Position numbers and translations under genes: made by a program. A stretch of 32,000 nt of DNA. Source: Candidatus Peribacter riflensis (lineage in GTDB: Bacteria > Patescibacteriota > Gracilibacteria > Peribacterales > Peribacteraceae). The notes under the pieces are model-generated. The model searched no databases and was not told where the DNA came from. It was given only the letters and a program-made list of their open reading frames with translations. The stretch covers positions 990,001 through 1,022,000 of the forward strand of contig CP013062.1 of NCBI GenBank assembly GCA_001430755.1, written 5' to 3'. Each line of letters begins with the position of its first letter. The stretch's first letter is position 1. Of the stretch, positions 28,462-32,000 are shown in pieces.

Positions 28462-29553
28462 GTGTTCCTCTTCACCCGCATCCGAAAGCGCTCGAAGAAG
28501 TCCCTCGACTGGCTTAAGGGGTGGTTCCATGCGCACGTCACCCTTCGGTGGCTGTGCTGGACCAGGAGGCCGCTCACCGATCTTTCGCTCTTCCAGCGCC
28601 GCATGCCTTTCATCGAGCGACGCGAGTACTCCCAGAACGGAGAGGACGGGATCATTGCCGCGATCTTCGCGAAAATCGGCACAACAAATAAGTACTGCGT
28701 GGAGTTCGGCGTGGAAGATGGGCTTCAATGCAACTGCCGGTATTTGCTCAAGCACAGGGGCTGGACAGGTCTCCTCATGGACGGAGGCGAATGGCCGACG
28801 ACCGTACAAACACAACAACAAGACAATCAACAACAAACAGAAACAAACCCTTCGGCTCCGCTCAGGGCAGGCAGCACACAACATAAGGAGTGGGAGCGCG
28901 CCGCGGGGGGTGAAGAGGAAGGCCCTGTCTCCCGCCCATTTGTGGAACGGGCGGGGCCGACTAGCCGAGCCGAAGCCTTGGAGGCGAGGCGAGGAGGCAC
29001 AGGGCCGGGCGGAGCGGGCGTCGGCGCGCCAGTCTTTTGGCTCCACCTTTGTGACGACAAAGGTGGAAAAAATCATTGTCTGGGCGTCCATCGCGAATTC
29101 ATCACAGCCGAGAATATCGAACCGCTCTTCAAAAAGTACGGCGTGCCGGCTGAGTGTGACCTTCTGAGTATCGACATCGACGGCAATGACTACTGGGTCT
29201 GGAAGGCGATCACGCATTTCCATCCCCGCGTGGTCATCATGGAGTACAACGCGAACAAGGGTCCTGAGTTGAGTGTGACGATCCCCTATGACCCTGCATT
29301 CATCTGGGATAAAACGGACTATCAAGGGGCGAGCCTGAAGGCACTGGAAAAACTTGGACGCGAAAAGGGGTACACACTCGTCGCAACGGACAGAAACGGG
29401 GTGAATGCCTTCTTCGTTTTGGATGCGCTGGTCCCCGGGAACTTCGTCCCCCCTCCTTTTGCCCAAATCTTCCATCCGGCTGCGTATAAGGGCATTACCG
29501 GCAAAGGTCACCCGGCCGATCCGAAGGGGCGGCCATGGGTGACCATCTCATAA
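28462..29553 (+). CDS. FkbM-like / SAM-methyltransferase-fold protein (SQxGED motif family) with a large internal insertion
   Basis: It has EYSQNGEDGIIAAIF, CVEFGVEDG, GWTGLLMDGG, DLLSIDIDGNDYW and VVIMEYN blocks. The start is uncertain (GTG 28462, or ATG 28603 giving MPFIERREYSQ). Confidence 0.6.
   Translation: MFLFTRIRKRSKKSLDWLKGWFHAHVTLRWLCWTRRPLTDLSLFQRRMPFIERREYSQNGEDGIIAAIFAKIGTTNKYCVEFGVEDGLQCNCRYLLKHRGWTGLLMDGGEWPTTVQTQQQDNQQQTETNPSAPLRAGSTQHKEWERAAGGEEEGPVSRPFVERAGPTSRAEALEARRGGTGPGGAGVGAPVFWLHLCDDKGGKNHCLGVHREFITAENIEPLFKKYGVPAECDLLSIDIDGNDYWVWKAITHFHPRVVIMEYNANKGPELSVTIPYDPAFIWDKTDYQGASLKALEKLGREKGYTLVATDRNGVNAFFVLDALVPGNFVPPPFAQIFHPAAYKGITGKGHPADPKGRPWVTIS
28847..28978. repeat. 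REP-like inverted pair embedded in the FkbM-like CDS
   Basis: cttcggctc (28850-58) pairs with gagccgaag (28967-75). A central 7-bp hairpin is formed by cccgccc/gggcggg (28931-55). The left arm on the minus strand reads gccctgagcggagccgaagggt. Confidence 0.6.
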
Positions 29554-29586
29554 AAGCACTTTTCATCCATTGCGCGCCAAAACTCC

Positions 29587-29614
29587 TTGACGCACCTTTT
29601 CGGTAGCTTACAAT
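29587..29614 (+). promoter_or_regulatory. Candidate rRNA promoter
   Basis: TTGACG-N16-TACAAT with a moderately A/T-rich upstream flank. It lies about 325 nt upstream of the 16S 5' end. Confidence 0.55.
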
Positions 29615-29741
29615 GCCCCTGCTTCCTGTCCCGCTAAGAACGGGATGGGAGAGACCTTTCCTTCTCCTCCCTTGTTGGCTCGCGTCCCGCGGCCGCGGGA
29701 GCGCGGCCGTTTCCATCGTGGAGCCGCAGGAAAGTGATCAT

Positions 29742-29801
29742 TCACCCTTCGACAAGCTCCCGTCTTCGCTCCTTCGGAGCTACGCCGGACAAGCAGGGTG
29801 A
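29742..29801. repeat. REP-like stem-loop (tcaccc...gggtga) with an internal extra hairpin
   Basis: The sequence is tcaccc-ttcgacaagctc...ggacaagca-gggtga. The inner stem is agctcc/ggagct, and gacaagc is duplicated. Confidence 0.6.
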
Positions 29802-29820
29802 AAGATCGGAGATCTTTCAC
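29798..29820 (+). other. Perfect 10-bp hairpin in the rRNA leader
   Basis: The hairpin is gtgaaagatc-gga-gatctttcac. It shares nucleotides with both the preceding REP stem and the processing stem. Confidence 0.6.
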
Positions 29821-29841
29821 ACCATCGCAGAGTAGAGAAGT
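29817..29841 (+). other. 5' arm of the 16S processing (RNase III-type) stem
   Basis: tcacaccatcgcagagtagagaagt is complementary to 31541-31565 at 24 of 25 positions. Confidence 0.7.
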
Positions 29842-29937
29842 ATCAACCATCATCTCCCCGTCCCCGGGGACGATGCATGGATTACAATTTAGAAACTAGT
29901 TGTTTTTCTTTGAACAACCAGGTCAATAAATTTCTTC

Positions 29938-31402
<1,465 letters not shown>

Positions 31403-31540
31403 CCAGGGAATTTCTCTGGCCCGGCATTTCTTCTTCGAAGAGTGCGCGGGAACGCATGCGCTGGCTGTGCTTTTAGGCCATCATGCATCCGATTGCCCGG
31501 GAGAGCACCGATGTCCCCAATTGGGGTCAACGACCGGAAG

Positions 31541-31565
31541 ACTTCTCTACTCTGCAATGGTGTGA
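31541..31565 (+). other. 3' arm of the 16S processing stem
   Basis: acttctctactctgcaatggtgtga pairs with 29817-29841 and is followed immediately by ttttgt. Confidence 0.7.
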
Positions 31566-31596
31566 TTTTGTATAAAAGGTGTATATATTTCTACAC

Positions 31597-32000
31597 ATGA
31601 CTCCTTTTGGACTGCCGCCTCCTGGGTCCCCAATTAAAAAAATACTCAATAGCATTTGTGACTATTCCGAAGATGACTGTTACGTAATTAGTACTGTGAT
31701 TCAGCAATCTGCTCTCGTAGAAAATATTCTAGGAACACTACTACATCGATTATTAATTACCAGGCACGGAAAGACCAAAGAAGAATTTGATAGCAGAGTT
31801 TCAGAAATAAATATTGCTATCTCGGAAATGAATATTTCCAAAAAAACTTGTTTGGTCCGAGCCCATTTAGCCAAAAAGAATGATTCTCTGGCTTCCAGAT
31901 TGGATCAAATCTTCAAAATTCGTGTTCCCATCGCACATGTTCATTATGGAATGCCTTTTGGTAAATCGATTCAAAAAGACGAAATTAAAATAGGTAGAAA
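31597..32000 (+). CDS. Hypothetical protein, 3'-truncated by the window end, AT-rich, with a possible HEPN-like Rx4H motif
   Basis: My own translation from the ATG at 31597 gives 134 codons with no stop (MTPFGLPPPGSPIKKILNSICDYSEDD...LDQIFKIRVPIAHVHYG...). It is absent from the ORF track because it runs off the window. TATATT lies 7 nt upstream of the ATG. Confidence 0.5.
   Translation, partial: MTPFGLPPPGSPIKKILNSICDYSEDDCYVISTVIQQSALVENILGTLLHRLLITRHGKTKEEFDSRVSEINIAISEMNISKKTCLVRAHLAKKNDSLASRLDQIFKIRVPIAHVHYGMPFGKSIQKDEIKIGR

Noticed and set aside
29613-29801. 62-aa ORF in the rRNA leader (..SPFDKLPSSLLRSYAGQAG), and 26941..27171 (-), which spans the palindrome.
   Set aside because: The peptides are translations of the REP-like stem-loops (PFDKL, SYAGQAG and HPEHCRRI-type strings). 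They lie in a leader or intergenic region and have no coding signature.
29808-29823. A boxA-like antitermination element (gatctttcacacc compared with the consensus tgctctttaaca) in the rRNA leader.
   Set aside because: The match is only partial, and the sequence is buried in the 3' arm of a perfect hairpin. It cannot be distinguished from chance without leaders from related genomes.
31403-31596. A search for tRNA-Ile or tRNA-Ala, or the start of a 23S gene, in the spacer after the 16S.
   Set aside because: No GTTCGAATC-type T-arm, acceptor-stem pairing or conserved 23S 5' sequence is visible. The segment is accounted for by the processing-stem trailer.

Overview
This is a high-GC window (about 60% by eye) that uses the standard genetic code, since TGA is used as a stop throughout. 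About 28 kb of it is a cell-surface glycan locus. The locus is built from two divergent operons that start at a 96-bp control region (12603-12698). The minus-strand operon encodes a NeuC/NeuB/NeuA-type (neuraminic or legionaminic-like) nonulosonic-acid pathway. It also carries a CapD/PglF-like dehydratase, a class-III aminotransferase, an SDR, an amidotransferase with HisH/HisF paralogs (an amidino module), and a gmd-based GDP-deoxyhexose branch. The plus-strand operon encodes a complete-looking pseudaminic-acid pathway (PseB, PseC, PseH, PseG, PseI and an SpsF-type cytidylyltransferase). It also has extra tailoring genes: a second GNAT, a Gfo/Idh/MocA oxidoreductase, a formyltransferase-like protein, a PIG-L deacetylase and a methyltransferase. 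Downstream lie two paralogous HP-motif (KpsS/KpsC-like) transferases placed tail-to-tail, an MsbA-like ABC exporter, a GT4 glycosyltransferase and an FkbM-like protein. After these comes a self-contained 16S rRNA unit (29938-31402) with a sigma70-type promoter and a 25-bp flanking processing stem. The 16S is short, has substitutions at several universal primer sites, and has a variant anti-Shine-Dalgarno tail (CUUCC). This suggests a deep-branching, possibly CPR/Patescibacteria-like, host, but I cannot classify it without a database. Six things stand out. (1) Two conserved enzymes carry stop-free in-frame insertions, and one of these is built from REP-like palindromes. (2) A small family of TGAGC..TCGAAGG stem-loops is confined to the last 5 kb. 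(3) A TATCAG/CTGATA hexamer array sits in a divergent intergenic region. (4) Promoter geometry and the lack of SD motifs point to leaderless or coupled translation. (5) Eight consecutive ATGA stop/start overlaps occur in the Pse operon. (6) Composition switches abruptly to AT-rich DNA right after the 16S processing stem, and a truncated ORF there has a weak HEPN-like motif. I saw no CRISPR array, tRNA or recognisable transposase.
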